From an uncultured Desulfospira sp. (GTDB lineage: Bacteria > Desulfobacterota > Desulfobacteria > Desulfobacterales > Desulfobacteraceae), in contig OY760175.1 in the NCBI GenBank assembly GCA_963663165.1, positions 416,001 through 480,000 on the forward strand: a DNA stretch of 64,000 nt, written 5' to 3'. Both the position numbers and the translations under genes were made by a program. Positions 19,830 to 30,206 of this stretch are shown here, one piece after another; positions within the stretch are counted from its first letter, which is position 1; each line of letters opens with the position of its first letter. The notes under the pieces were generated by a model that did no database searches, had not been told where the DNA came from, and was given only the letters and a program-made list of their open reading frames with translations.

Positions 19830-21503
19830 ATGAAACCCCCGGACCACCATAAACCCCATTTGGCTGCCAGAAGAAAGTTTCTGGAACTGAGCCTTGAGTC
19901 CACCCGGAAAAGCTATTATCCCCAGTTGAAAGAGCAGCTGGCCCGGGCAAAGGAAAATGAAGAACACCTGCAGTTGTTGATCGATAATCTGCCGGCCCTG
20001 ATTTCTTACGTGGATGCCAGCCAGCGGTATGTGCTGGTCAACCGCGAGCTTGAGAAAGTTTTCGGTATGGACCGGGATCAAATTATCGGCCGGAAAATGA
20101 AACATATTTTAACGGCTGAAAATTATGCCAAGGTTGAGCCCCACATCCAATATGCCCTCGCCGGCCGGTCCGGCCGGATTGAAGTGGCCTACAATACGAA
20201 ACAGAATGAAAAAAAACTGTATGAAATAAATTATGTGCCTGAAACTGACCAGCACGGGCATGTCGACGGATTCTACATTCTCAGCATTGATATAACGGAA
20301 AAGAAACAGGCGGAAAAAGAAAGAGCAGCCCTTGAAGACCGGCTGCGCCAGGCCCATAAAATGGAGGCCATCGGGACCCTGTCCGGGGGAATTGCCCACG
20401 ACTTTAACAACATCCTTTCGGGAATGTACGGGTTCTCTCAGCTGGTGGAAACCCATAAAAATGATCCGGATAAAGTAGAAGAATACAACCGGAAAATATT
20501 TGAAAGTGCCCAGAGGGCTTCGTTATTAATCCAGCAGATATTATCTTTCAGCCGGCAGAGCAAATCCAACAAACACCCCATCCGGCTGCTCCTCATTTTA
20601 AATGAAGCCTTAACCCTGCTGCGGTCCTCCATCCCTTCCCATATTGAGATCAAAAAGAATCTAAACTCAAGGGCCAAAGTGCTGGCAGATCCCACCCAGC
20701 TGCACCAGGTCATAATGAATCTTTGCACCAATGCCTATCACGCCATGGGGGATGAAGGCGGTACGTTAACCGTCACTTTGGAGGAGGAAACGGCCTTTGG
20801 GAACAATACCGGCAAGGACACGCCATGGACTCAGGAAAAGTATCTTCGGCTTTCAGTCAGTGATACGGGCCACGGGATTGAGGATCAGATTAAAGAAAAA
20901 ATATTTGACCCGTATTTCACAACCAAAAAAATCGGCCGGGGAACCGGATTAGGGCTGGCCGTGGTGGCCGGAATCGTGGAAAAACATAACGGGCATATTG
21001 AGCTTAAGACAACCCCCGGGCAGGGGACGACTTTTCATGTGTATTTGCCGGTGGTCACCGACACACCTGCCACGGCGGAAACACCTAACGCCATGGCGTC
21101 CCAAAAAGAGCCGCCCGGTTTCGGGCGAATCATGCTTGTTGACGACGAAGCGTTGATTTTAGAAGTATTGGAAACGTTTTTATCCGGGAAAGGGTATCAG
21201 GTAACAACCTATGATACCGGTGTCTCAGCATTGGCCGCATTTACGGAGGCCCCGGATCAATTTGATCTCATCGTCACGGACATGACCATGCCCAAAATGA
21301 CAGGGGATAAACTCTCCGGGGCTGTTTTGGAAATAAGGCCGGACATCCCCATCATCATGTGTACCGGGTACAATGAAAATTTTTCAAAAACCGATGCATT
21401 AGAGGCCGGAATCGCCAGATACATCCAAAAGCCCACCGATTTATCAGCCCTTTCAAGCATTATCCGGGAGTTGCTCAGTAACAAGAACGCCCGGTCCATT
21501 TAA
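19830..21503 (+). CDS. Cytoplasmic PAS-HisKA-HATPase-REC hybrid kinase (ErcS-like)
   Basis: RKSYYPQL N-terminal motif; PAS; GIAHDFNN; GTGLGL; C-terminal receiver. Confidence 0.9.
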   Translation: MKPPDHHKPHLAARRKFLELSLESTRKSYYPQLKEQLARAKENEEHLQLLIDNLPALISYVDASQRYVLVNRELEKVFGMDRDQIIGRKMKHILTAENYAKVEPHIQYALAGRSGRIEVAYNTKQNEKKLYEINYVPETDQHGHVDGFYILSIDITEKKQAEKERAALEDRLRQAHKMEAIGTLSGGIAHDFNNILSGMYGFSQLVETHKNDPDKVEEYNRKIFESAQRASLLIQQILSFSRQSKSNKHPIRLLLILNEALTLLRSSIPSHIEIKKNLNSRAKVLADPTQLHQVIMNLCTNAYHAMGDEGGTLTVTLEEETAFGNNTGKDTPWTQEKYLRLSVSDTGHGIEDQIKEKIFDPYFTTKKIGRGTGLGLAVVAGIVEKHNGHIELKTTPGQGTTFHVYLPVVTDTPATAETPNAMASQKEPPGFGRIMLVDDEALILEVLETFLSGKGYQVTTYDTGVSALAAFTEAPDQFDLIVTDMTMPKMTGDKLSGAVLEIRPDIPIIMCTGYNENFSKTDALEAGIARYIQKPTDLSALSSIIRELLSNKNARSI

Positions 21504-21524
21504 GGGGCAGGCCCTTTTAGCCGG

Positions 21525-21728
21525 TCACACCCGGCCGTTTTCCACAAGCCTGGCAAAATGCTCAAAGGAGCGGTCCCAGGTCTTTTCTTCTTTGTCCGGA
21601 AAACAGCATCCCGGCAGCTGCCGCATCTTTAAATGGTAGGCGATGCATTCGCAGCAGACCCCCTTTCTGGAACAGGGCTCATAGGTGCAGTTGCACCGGT
21701 TCAGGTTCTTTTCTTTATTACAATCCAT
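21525..21728 (-). CDS. Small Cys-rich protein (DUF6485-like)
   Basis: CNCTYEPCSRKGVCCECIAYH...LPGCCF; GGAG RBS. Confidence 0.75.
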   Translation of the reverse strand: MDCNKEKNLNRCNCTYEPCSRKGVCCECIAYHLKMRQLPGCCFPDKEEKTWDRSFEHFARLVENGRV

Positions 21729-21779
21729 TCAATACTCCTTTGGGTGCGTGCCAGAGCGCCGTGTTCGGGTAAACACGGC

Positions 21780-23108
21780 CTATCCGCTGAAATAGGCGTA
21801 TTGCCCGGTGGCCTCCAGAACCGACTGCCACAGGCGTCCGTTGGGATCCAGATTCTTTCTTTTGCCGGCTGAGGCGTCCATGGGGACGTGGATGTAATGG
21901 TTGTTCCAGAAGCTGATCAACACCTTTGTTTTTCCGGCCATGCCCGCATGGACCGCATCCCTTGCCAGAAGACCGCAGAACACACTGTCATTGGCATTGG
22001 CCGGCAGGCTTCTGATGATATAACTGGGATCAATATATTTGAGAGAGACGTCAACGCCTTTTTCCTTGAAGTATGCGGCGATCTGGTCTTTGAGGAATAT
22101 GCCGATGTCCTGGAGCACCAGGTTTCCCGATGCATCATATTTTTGCTTGGCGCCTTTAAAAAAATTCTGGCCGGCCCCTTCGGCCACAATGATAACCCCG
22201 TGTCCCCTGGCCGAAAGCCGGTCTTCCAGGGCTTTTAACAGGCCGTTATCCCCGTGAAGATCAATACTGACCTCCGGGATGAGGACAAAGTTGGCATCCT
22301 GCTGGGCCAGGGCGGCGGTGGCGGCCAGAAAGCCGGAATGGCGGCCCATGAGCTTGATCAGGCCGATGCCGTTGGGGTAGGCTTCGGCCTCGTTGTGGGC
22401 GCCTTTGATGGCCATGGTGGCCACATCAACGGCGGTATCAAATCCAAAGGAGCGGGATACCAGAAAGATGTCGTTGTCAATGGTTTTGGGAATGCCCACC
22501 ACCGAGATTTTCTGTTTGCGTTTGGATATTTCATCCACGATGGCCTTGGATGCCTTAAGGGTACCATCCCCGCCCACCATGAACAACAGCCCGATGTTCA
22601 TTCGTTCCAGGCAGTCCACCACCATGCCGATATCCTGATTCCCCCTTGAAGATCCCAGAACAGACCCGCCCATATCCTGGATCCCGGCCACGGCGGCCGG
22701 GTTCAGTTCCACCACCGAATGGCCGTATTCCGGGATAAAGCCCTGGAGGCCGTGGCGGATGCCGTAAATGTTTTTTACCCCGTAGTTGTAGTGCAGCTCC
22801 AGGACAATGGCCCGGATAATGTCGTTGAGCCCCGGGCAAAGCCCGCCGCAGGTGACCACCGCGCATTTGAGCTTGCTGGGATCAAAATAGATGTATTCCC
22901 TGGGTCCGGCCAGCTCAAAACTGGGCGGGGGCGTCCCCTCGTCATAGCATTTTTGAATCCCTGCCGGCGTCATATCGGCCAGGACCCTTGCATCGTCAGA
23001 AATAAAATGTTTCATGGACGAGTTGCGCCGGCTTTGCTGCTTCATGGGCGATGCAATTTTGGCAGGCCCAAGGGTGGATATTTCCGTTGAAAATGTCTGG
23101 TCGGTCAT
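21780..23108 (-). CDS. pfkA: ATP-dependent 6-phosphofructokinase
   Basis: TCGGLCPG, GGDGT, PKTIDND, MGRHSG. Confidence 0.92.
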   Translation of the reverse strand: MTDQTFSTEISTLGPAKIASPMKQQSRRNSSMKHFISDDARVLADMTPAGIQKCYDEGTPPPSFELAGPREYIYFDPSKLKCAVVTCGGLCPGLNDIIRAIVLELHYNYGVKNIYGIRHGLQGFIPEYGHSVVELNPAAVAGIQDMGGSVLGSSRGNQDIGMVVDCLERMNIGLLFMVGGDGTLKASKAIVDEISKRKQKISVVGIPKTIDNDIFLVSRSFGFDTAVDVATMAIKGAHNEAEAYPNGIGLIKLMGRHSGFLAATAALAQQDANFVLIPEVSIDLHGDNGLLKALEDRLSARGHGVIIVAEGAGQNFFKGAKQKYDASGNLVLQDIGIFLKDQIAAYFKEKGVDVSLKYIDPSYIIRSLPANANDSVFCGLLARDAVHAGMAGKTKVLISFWNNHYIHVPMDASAGKRKNLDPNGRLWQSVLEATGQYAYFSG

Positions 23109-23118
23109 GGAAGCCTCC

Positions 23119-23156
23119 GTTAGCTGTTAGCCGTTAGCTGTTAGCTATTAGCTGTT
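23119..23156. repeat. Heptamer tandem repeat (GTTAGCT)
   Basis: gttagctgttagccgttagctgttagctattagctgtt. Confidence 0.8.
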
Positions 23157-23217
23157 GGTTGTGGGCCTTTTTGCCCATGTATCTGGTATTAAACGGTTAT
23201 CTGTTTAAATATCGGGC

Positions 23218-24216
23218 TCATGGCCGGTGGTTTTCATGGCCATGACCATTATATTTAAAGGAGCCTTTCCCTAAAATATCGTGCAGATGCAGGATACCTT
23301 CTAATTTTCCGGTTTTGTCAATGACCGGCAGAACCGTGATCTGGTGGGTTTCCATCAGGTTCAGGGCGTCGTACAGAAACGCATTTTTATCAAGGCTGTG
23401 GGGATCCCGGGTCATGATGTCGCAAGTTTTGGTCCCGGCCGGGTCCAGCACGCCCTGGGCCATGCAGTGGCGGATGTCGCCGTCGGTAATGATCCCTTTA
23501 ACCATATGGTCGTTATCAATCACCACAACGGCGCCCAGCCGCTGGGCGTCCATTTCCCTGACCGCATCAGACATGGGCGAATCAATGTTGACCGTGGGGG
23601 CATGGCCGGCCTCAAACATGATTTCATGGACCCGGCATGAAAGCCGCTGGCCTAAGGCCCCGCCGGGATGGGACCGCATAAAATCACTTTTTTTAAATTT
23701 TTTTTCATGGATCAGGACTACGGCCAGGGCATCTCCCATGGCCAGCTGGGCCGTGGTAGAGCAGGTCGGGGCCATATTAAAGGGGCAGGCTTCCCTTTCT
23801 ACACTGGTGTTGATCAGAAGATCGCAAAAGCCCGCCATGGTGGATTCAAGGTTGCCGGTAAATCCGGCCAAACGGCAGCCAATGGCCTTGATTTCCGGCA
23901 GCAGCCGGTTGAGCTCACTGGTTTCTCCGGAGTTGGAAATGGCAATAAATACATCATCTTTTCCCACCATGCCAAGGTCCCCGTGGACCGCCTCCACAGG
24001 ATGGAGAAACATGGCATTGGTGCCGGTGCTGCTTAGGGTGGCAGCGATTTTACGGCCAATCAGGCCGGATTTTCCAATGCCTGAGATAATCACCCGGCCC
24101 GTGGATGAGCAGATGTCCCTGACAAGGGCGCAAAAATCGTCATCCAGGCTGCCGGCAAGGTTTAAGATGCTCTGGGCTTCCAGTTTCAGTACGGTGGTAG
24201 CGTTTTCAATAATCAT
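23218..24216 (-). CDS. kdsD: KpsF/GutQ arabinose-5-phosphate isomerase (SIS plus CBS)
   Basis: GIGKSG, EAVHGDLG, SNSGET, HPGGALG, CBS pair. Confidence 0.92.
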   Translation of the reverse strand: MIIENATTVLKLEAQSILNLAGSLDDDFCALVRDICSSTGRVIISGIGKSGLIGRKIAATLSSTGTNAMFLHPVEAVHGDLGMVGKDDVFIAISNSGETSELNRLLPEIKAIGCRLAGFTGNLESTMAGFCDLLINTSVEREACPFNMAPTCSTTAQLAMGDALAVVLIHEKKFKKSDFMRSHPGGALGQRLSCRVHEIMFEAGHAPTVNIDSPMSDAVREMDAQRLGAVVVIDNDHMVKGIITDGDIRHCMAQGVLDPAGTKTCDIMTRDPHSLDKNAFLYDALNLMETHQITVLPVIDKTGKLEGILHLHDILGKGSFKYNGHGHENHRP

Positions 24217-24419
24217 AGTAATGGGTTTGATATTTAGGAACGTGTTTAATGTTCGATTTTTTTAGGTTGTATAAAAGCCGTCGGATTACGGTATTTAAGC
24301 CTTCAACAAGGCCTGGTATCTTAAAAGGCGGCTGTGAATTTCTGCCCCGCAGACAAGAGGCTTTGACCATGGTTATACAACAAATAAAAAACAGAGGCAA
24401 GAAACAAGACGCCATCCGG

Positions 24420-24616
24420 CAGGGCTAACGCATGTAAAAATTAAGTTAAATCTCCAAAAAATTGGACTTGGGACTTGGGATATGGGACCTGGGGATTGCG
24501 GCATCCACGGCCTCCCCAAGTCCCATATCCCATATCCCAAGTCTCAACAATATACATTATTATCCTTATCATCAAAATTGACATCACCTGCAGGCAAGTG
24601 ACATGCGATCACCCTG
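24420..24616 (+). mobile_element. ~197-bp MITE with ISAs1-like TIRs carrying a heptamer palindrome
   Basis: CAGGGCTAACGCATGT...ACATGCGATCACCCTG; homologous inverted copy at 55906-56096. Confidence 0.8.
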
Positions 24617-24634
24617 TTGTCCCTTGTTTCTTGA

Positions 24635-24663
24635 TTGACTTTCCCGGGTTTATTTATTAGGTT
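24635..24663 (+). promoter_or_regulatory. Putative sigma70 promoter of antiporter gene
   Basis: TTGACT-17 nt-TAGGTT. Confidence 0.45.
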
Positions 24664-24846
24664 TTAGCATTACCCATTTTTGTTCACACTGTATGCTTCC
24701 TGGATTTGAGTTGGTATCTCGCAGCAAAATCCGGCCCGCCCTGAACCATTTCCCGTAATCCCGGGGCGGCCATTTTAAAAATTGGTCATTCAAATTTAGA
24801 CACAATGATTGCGCAGCCCCCCAAGTGGGATCAAGGGAGAATGCCT

Positions 24847-26361
24847 ATGAAGTGTGATGGTTTTGCAGCGGTTGTTTTGGTTTCGGTTTTAATCTGGTTT
24901 CCCGTGGCCGGGTTGGCTGACGACAATGTCCATCAGGAACAATCTATCGGACATGCTTCAACCCTGGAAGTCCAGGCGGGCCATGATGAAGGCCATGGAA
25001 CAACAGATCACGGCAGCCATGAGGCATTGGGGGAGATCCTGCCCCTGTATTCGTGCATTCCCTTTGCCTGCATGCTGCTGTCCATTGCCCTGTTGCCGTT
25101 GATTGCCGGCACCTTCTGGCACCACCATTTTGGGAAAATTTCAGCCTTTTGGGCGGCCTGTCTGGCCGTCCCCTTCTTATGGGTTTTCAAGGGGGCCGCC
25201 GTTCATGAAATCCTTCATATCATCCTGGCGGATTATGTTCCGTTTATAATTCTGCTTTGGGCGCTGTTTACGGTATCCGGGGGGATTTTGCTCAAAGGCA
25301 CCCTTACCGGCACCCCCCTGATCAATACCGGGATGATTCTTTTGGGGGCGGTGCTGGCGTCCTGGATGGGCACCACCGGGGCGGCCATGCTGCTGATCCG
25401 CCCCTTTTTGCGGGCCAACCGGCATCGGAAAAACAAAACATTCATGGTGGTTTTTTTTATTTTTCTGGTGGCCAATATCGGCGGTGCCCTCACCCCCTTG
25501 GGAGACCCGCCCCTGTTTTTGGGATTTCTTCACGGGGTCACCTTTTTTTGGACCATGAAAATCCTTCCCCATATGGCGGTGGCCGGCGCCGTTCTTCTGT
25601 TAACTTATTTCTGCCTGGATTTCTACCATTACAAAAAAGAAGATCCGCCCCCGGTGGACAAGGACGAGAAACAGCCGTTGCGCCTTGAAGGAACCTATAA
25701 CTTTATTTTTCTGGCCGGCGTGATTGGGGCCGTTCTCATGAGTGGTGTTTTAGAACTCGGGGAAGTCTCGGTTTTCGGCATTCACCGGGCGGTTCAGGAC
25801 TGGCTTCGGGACGGGATTTTGATCGGCCTTGGCATTGCCTCCCTTGCGGCAACCCCGCGGGTGGTGCGCGAAGAAAACGAATTTTCATGGTTTCCCATTG
25901 TTGAAGTGGCCTTTTTGTTTATCGGAATTTTTATCACGATGATTCCCTGCCTGCTGCTTCTTAAAGCCGGTTCCAAGGGGGCCTTTGCCTTTTTAATCAC
26001 TGCGGTGAAAGAACCGGTCCATTATTTCTGGGTCACGGGCTGTTTATCCGCATTTTTGGACAATGCCCCCACCTATCTGACATTTTTTAACACGGCACTG
26101 GGCAGTTTTTATTCCGGCATGTCCGAAGCCCAGTCGGTGCCGCTGCTTATGGTTGAAAACCCCATTTACCTTAAAGCCGTTTCTGCGGGGGCGGTATTTT
26201 TCGGGGCCTGTTCCTATATCGGCAATGCCCCTAACTTTATGGTGAGGTCTATTGCAGAGGAATCCGGATGTCCCATGCCCAGTTTTTTTGGCTATATTTT
26301 TAAGTTCACCCTGGTGTTTTTGATTCCTACGTTTATTATCGTCACCCTGGTGTTCTTTTAA
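24847..26361 (+). CDS. Putative single-subunit Na+/H+ antiporter (IT superfamily) with signal-like, His-rich N-terminus
   Basis: Many TM helices; GTTGAAMLLIRP, ANIGGALTPLGDPPLFLG, FLDNAPTY, YIGNAPNFMV; start chosen from GGAG spacing. Confidence 0.82.
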   Translation: MKCDGFAAVVLVSVLIWFPVAGLADDNVHQEQSIGHASTLEVQAGHDEGHGTTDHGSHEALGEILPLYSCIPFACMLLSIALLPLIAGTFWHHHFGKISAFWAACLAVPFLWVFKGAAVHEILHIILADYVPFIILLWALFTVSGGILLKGTLTGTPLINTGMILLGAVLASWMGTTGAAMLLIRPFLRANRHRKNKTFMVVFFIFLVANIGGALTPLGDPPLFLGFLHGVTFFWTMKILPHMAVAGAVLLLTYFCLDFYHYKKEDPPPVDKDEKQPLRLEGTYNFIFLAGVIGAVLMSGVLELGEVSVFGIHRAVQDWLRDGILIGLGIASLAATPRVVREENEFSWFPIVEVAFLFIGIFITMIPCLLLLKAGSKGAFAFLITAVKEPVHYFWVTGCLSAFLDNAPTYLTFFNTALGSFYSGMSEAQSVPLLMVENPIYLKAVSAGAVFFGACSYIGNAPNFMVRSIAEESGCPMPSFFGYIFKFTLVFLIPTFIIVTLVFF

Positions 26362-26430
26362 CGGTTGACTGGGTTGGAACTTAAGGTTGAATATGGCAAT
26401 TTTTTAAAATACAGGCCAATGGGTGAAAGC

Positions 26431-26518
26431 CATTAGCCGTTAGCTATAAGCTATTAGCCGTTAGCTTCCGGGTTGAGCCAGCCCGCTAATTGCTAACAGC
26501 TAACGGCTAACAGCTAGC
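26431..26518. repeat. Inverted heptamer arrays (TTAGCCG ... GCTAACA)
   Basis: cattagccgttagctataagctattagccgttagc-loop-gctaattgctaacagctaacggctaacagc. Confidence 0.85.
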
Positions 26519-26582
26519 CAAAGCTTTGGCTGGCGTTTGAGTTAAAAAAAGTGTAGACCGGAAAGGATGAAATAAGGAAAAA

Positions 26583-28646
26583 ATGATGAATTTGGATCTT
26601 AACGGTTTGACCATAGCCATCATCGGCGGCAATGACCCCTGTGCCCGGATAATTGACCACCTGGCCGGCCCGAAACTTAAAGGGTTGAACCTTAAAGTGG
26701 CCATGGTGGCCGATACCCTGGTGAACAGTGACGGGTTGGAAAAAGCCCGAAAGCTCGGAATTGCTTTCACCAACGCCTATAGCGATGTCGGCAACCTCAA
26801 GAATCTGGACCTGATTTTAAAGCTCAAAAACGACGAAACCCTGCCCCCTGTTATGGAAACCTTGGAAAAGAAGAAGGTTAACATCCTGGAAATGGACAAC
26901 TTTAAGGCCATGTCCTTTATCCGTTTTCTGGAAATCCAGGAGGAACGGCTCTTGATCAAACAGCAGCTCCGGGACAGGACCCTGGAAGGGGATGCCGTCG
27001 GGGAGGCCTTTGACGCCTTTTCCAAAAAAGTCATGGCTGCTGCAGAGGAAAGAAACCAGCATCTTCGGGATGAGCGCGAAACCCTACTGGAACTGGAAAA
27101 AGAATTGACCCAGGTGATCCAGGGGTCCATGATTCCCACCTTTATTATTAACAATGAGCATATCATCACCCACTGGAACCGGGCCTGTGAGGATCTGACC
27201 GGCCACAGGGCCTATGAACTGGTGGGAACGGACCGGCAGTGGGTTCCGTTCAGGTCTGCCAAAAGACCGACCATGGCCGATGCCGTGGTCAGCCGGATGG
27301 CCAGGGAAGAGGTGGAAAAATATTACGGGGCGTCATGGCGAAAATCCAGTATCATCAACGGGGGATATGAAGCCGAAGAGTTTTTCCCCCATATGGGTGA
27401 AAACGGGAAATGGATTTTTTTTACGGCCGCCCCCATCAAGTCGCCGGACGGAAAAATCATCGGGGCCATTGAAACCCTTATGGACAAAACCGAAGACAAA
27501 AAAGCAGAGGCCGAAATTGCCCTTCAGGACCGGGAACTGGCCAAACTTCATGAAAAGTATAAAAAATCCGAAGAAAAGTACCGGACCCTGTTCAACAACA
27601 ACCCGAACCCTATTTTCATCCTTGACAGCAACACCCTTGAAATACTGGACTTCAATAACCGGGCCAAAACCACTTACGGGTATACCAAAGCCGAGCTTTT
27701 AGGCGAATCTTTTCAGGCGCTGGGCGAAAAAAAAGATCTCACTGTCAAACAGGGATTGCTGGACCTTAACAACGGTAAGTCCATTCTGCTGACCAAAAAG
27801 CGGCATTTTAAAAAATCCGGTGAACAGTTTTACGTGAACATTACCGGGATCAACACCACCTACAGCAGCCAGGATGTTATCATTGCCTGCACCACGGATA
27901 TCACCGAGACCGTTGAAAAGGAAACCCAGCTCATCCAGGCCGGGAAATTAGCGACCCTGGGCACCATGGCCGCCGGCATGGCCCATGAGATCAACCAGCC
28001 TTTAAACGTGATTCAGATCTGTGCCGACCTCATCCTTAAGATGATGAAAAAGGGGATTTCCATTTCCGATGACGAACTCAAAACCATGGCCGGTGATATT
28101 ATTGACAACGTGGCCAGGGCCGCAGGGGTGATCAAGCATGTCCGGGATTTTTCCCGCCAGTCTGAAAGGGATCTGAAGAAACTGAACCTGAATGATCCCA
28201 TTAACGATGTCTTTAAGGTCCTCGGCCACCAGATCACGATTCATTCCATCAAGGTGGACTTGAATCTTGATCCGGAGCTGCCCATGATCATGGCGGAGCA
28301 TAACCGGCTTGAGCAGGTGTTTATCAACCTGGTGACCAATGCCATTGACGCCATGGATGAGAAAGAGGAAAAGCAGGGCCAGGGAGTTGAAAAAAAATTG
28401 ACCATTGCCACCTATACCGAAGGGAAAAGGGTAGTGGCCGCTGTATCGGATACCGGAACAGGGATGAGTGAAGAGGTCAAACAAAAAATATTTGAGCCTT
28501 TTTTTACCACTAAGGAAACCGGCAAAGGCACCGGCCTTGGCACCAGCATCAGTTTCGGGATCATCAGGGATTACTCGGGCATCATTGAAATTGAGAGCCG
28601 GGAAGGGGAAGGGGCTAAATTTATCATCAAATTTCCGGCCGTCTAA
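26583..28646 (+). CDS. Cytoplasmic sensor His kinase: Rossmann-like N-domain, 2 PAS, HisKA, HATPase
   Basis: IAIIGG N-terminus; two PAS; GMAHEINQPL; GKGTGLG; no TM. Confidence 0.9.
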   Translation: MMNLDLNGLTIAIIGGNDPCARIIDHLAGPKLKGLNLKVAMVADTLVNSDGLEKARKLGIAFTNAYSDVGNLKNLDLILKLKNDETLPPVMETLEKKKVNILEMDNFKAMSFIRFLEIQEERLLIKQQLRDRTLEGDAVGEAFDAFSKKVMAAAEERNQHLRDERETLLELEKELTQVIQGSMIPTFIINNEHIITHWNRACEDLTGHRAYELVGTDRQWVPFRSAKRPTMADAVVSRMAREEVEKYYGASWRKSSIINGGYEAEEFFPHMGENGKWIFFTAAPIKSPDGKIIGAIETLMDKTEDKKAEAEIALQDRELAKLHEKYKKSEEKYRTLFNNNPNPIFILDSNTLEILDFNNRAKTTYGYTKAELLGESFQALGEKKDLTVKQGLLDLNNGKSILLTKKRHFKKSGEQFYVNITGINTTYSSQDVIIACTTDITETVEKETQLIQAGKLATLGTMAAGMAHEINQPLNVIQICADLILKMMKKGISISDDELKTMAGDIIDNVARAAGVIKHVRDFSRQSERDLKKLNLNDPINDVFKVLGHQITIHSIKVDLNLDPELPMIMAEHNRLEQVFINLVTNAIDAMDEKEEKQGQGVEKKLTIATYTEGKRVVAAVSDTGTGMSEEVKQKIFEPFFTTKETGKGTGLGTSISFGIIRDYSGIIEIESREGEGAKFIIKFPAV

Positions 28647-28659
28647 GGAGGGCGCCGCA

Positions 28660-30174
28660 ATGTCAGCCAATAAAATTTTGATTGTGGATGATGAAGAAAT
28701 TATTGTCAGGTTGCTGACCATGTCCTTGAGAAGCGACGGATATGAAGTTGTATCGGCATTCAGCGGGGAAGAAGGGCTTGAAGTGTTCAAGAAAAGCAGC
28801 CCGGATATTGTGGTTACCGATATCAAAATGCCCGGGATGGACGGCCTTGAACTGTTAAAACAGATCAAGGAGATTGATCCGGACCGGGAGGTGATTATTG
28901 TCACAGGCCATGGCGATGTGGACTCCACCATCACCGCCCTTCAGTACGGGGCCAGCGATTTTATCAATAAGCCGGTCAGGGACGAGGCCCTGGCCATTGC
29001 CCTGGAACGGGCCAAAACCAAGATGAGCATCCGGCAGCAGCTGGAGGAGTACACCAAAAACCTTGAAACCAAGGTGGCCGAAGCCACCGAAGAGATCCGG
29101 CGAAGATCCAGGTTCCAGAAACTGCTGATTCACAGCAGCAATGACGGCATTGTGGCCTTTGACCAGGAGTGGCGGGTGGTGGTGTACAATCCCGAGGCGG
29201 CCCGGATATTCAAATCAGGGGCAGGGCAGGTGCTTAACAAGCAGCACATTGACGATTTTTATCCGTCGGATCTTGTCAGCCAATTAAAGGAAAAGGCCTG
29301 TAAAAGCTGCCCTCAACCCGCCATGCCATGGCGGGAAACCAACCTGCTGCTCAAGGACGGCACCACCATTCCAGTCCGGTATGCCGTCAGTGTGCTTTAT
29401 GAAAATGATGAGTTTGTGGGGGTGGTGAACTTTTTTCAGGATTTAACCGAGATCAAGCGGCTTGAAAGCGAGCTGCTCCAGTCCGAGCGGCTTGCCGCCG
29501 TCGGCCAGACCGTTTCCGGTCTGGCCCATTATGTGAAAAATATCCTGATCGGCCTTAAAGGCGGGTCCTATGTCATGGATGTGGGCATTAAGAAAAACAA
29601 CACGGAAAAGCTCAAAAACGGGTGGCAGACCATCCAGAAAAATATCAACCGGGTGGCGGATTTAACCCAGGACCTTTTGACCTATGCCAAACAGCGGGAG
29701 CCTGAAATCAGCCCCTGCAACCCCAATGACATTGTCACCGAGGTGGTGGACCTGGTTGAACAGGCGGCAAAAGACAAGCAGATCCGTATTACCAGTGATC
29801 TTTCCCCGGATATCAAGGCCGTTCTGGCAGATCCGGAAACCATTCACCGGTCCCTTTTAAATCTGATAACCAACGGCATCGATGCCTGTGTGGAAGATCT
29901 GGACCGGTCAAAGGAGTTTACCATTGGGATCCGGACATTTATAGAAGATGACCGGATCTGCTTTGAGGTCAAAGACAACGGATGCGGCATGGACGAGAAG
30001 ACCCTGGAAAACCTTTTTTCCCCCATGTTCAGCACAAAGGGGGGCAAGGGAACCGGCCTTGGCCTGCTGGTAACCGCCAAGCTGGTGGAAGAACACAACG
30101 GGAAAATTGATACAGCGTCCACCCCGGGCAAAGGGTCTGTTTTCACCATCCGTTTGCCGTTTAAACAATCATGA
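28660..30174 (+). CDS. REC-PAS-HisKA-HATPase hybrid kinase
   Basis: True start ATG at 28660 after AAGGAGG; ILIVDDE, DIKMPG; GLAHYVKN H-box; GKGTGLG. Confidence 0.9.
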   Translation: MSANKILIVDDEEIIVRLLTMSLRSDGYEVVSAFSGEEGLEVFKKSSPDIVVTDIKMPGMDGLELLKQIKEIDPDREVIIVTGHGDVDSTITALQYGASDFINKPVRDEALAIALERAKTKMSIRQQLEEYTKNLETKVAEATEEIRRRSRFQKLLIHSSNDGIVAFDQEWRVVVYNPEAARIFKSGAGQVLNKQHIDDFYPSDLVSQLKEKACKSCPQPAMPWRETNLLLKDGTTIPVRYAVSVLYENDEFVGVVNFFQDLTEIKRLESELLQSERLAAVGQTVSGLAHYVKNILIGLKGGSYVMDVGIKKNNTEKLKNGWQTIQKNINRVADLTQDLLTYAKQREPEISPCNPNDIVTEVVDLVEQAAKDKQIRITSDLSPDIKAVLADPETIHRSLLNLITNGIDACVEDLDRSKEFTIGIRTFIEDDRICFEVKDNGCGMDEKTLENLFSPMFSTKGGKGTGLGLLVTAKLVEEHNGKIDTASTPGKGSVFTIRLPFKQS

Positions 30175-30206
30175 AAGACACGGATAAAATCTGACTTAAG
30201 GAGGAG

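Noticed and set aside
23315..24265. 316-aa plus-strand ORF, and similar long antisense ORFs at 12573-13502 and 28002-28934
   Set aside because: Shadows of well-supported genes on the opposite strand
24670..24840. Long leader of the antiporter gene as an Na+/Li+ riboswitch
   Set aside because: No consensus I can recognise; needs an Rfam scan
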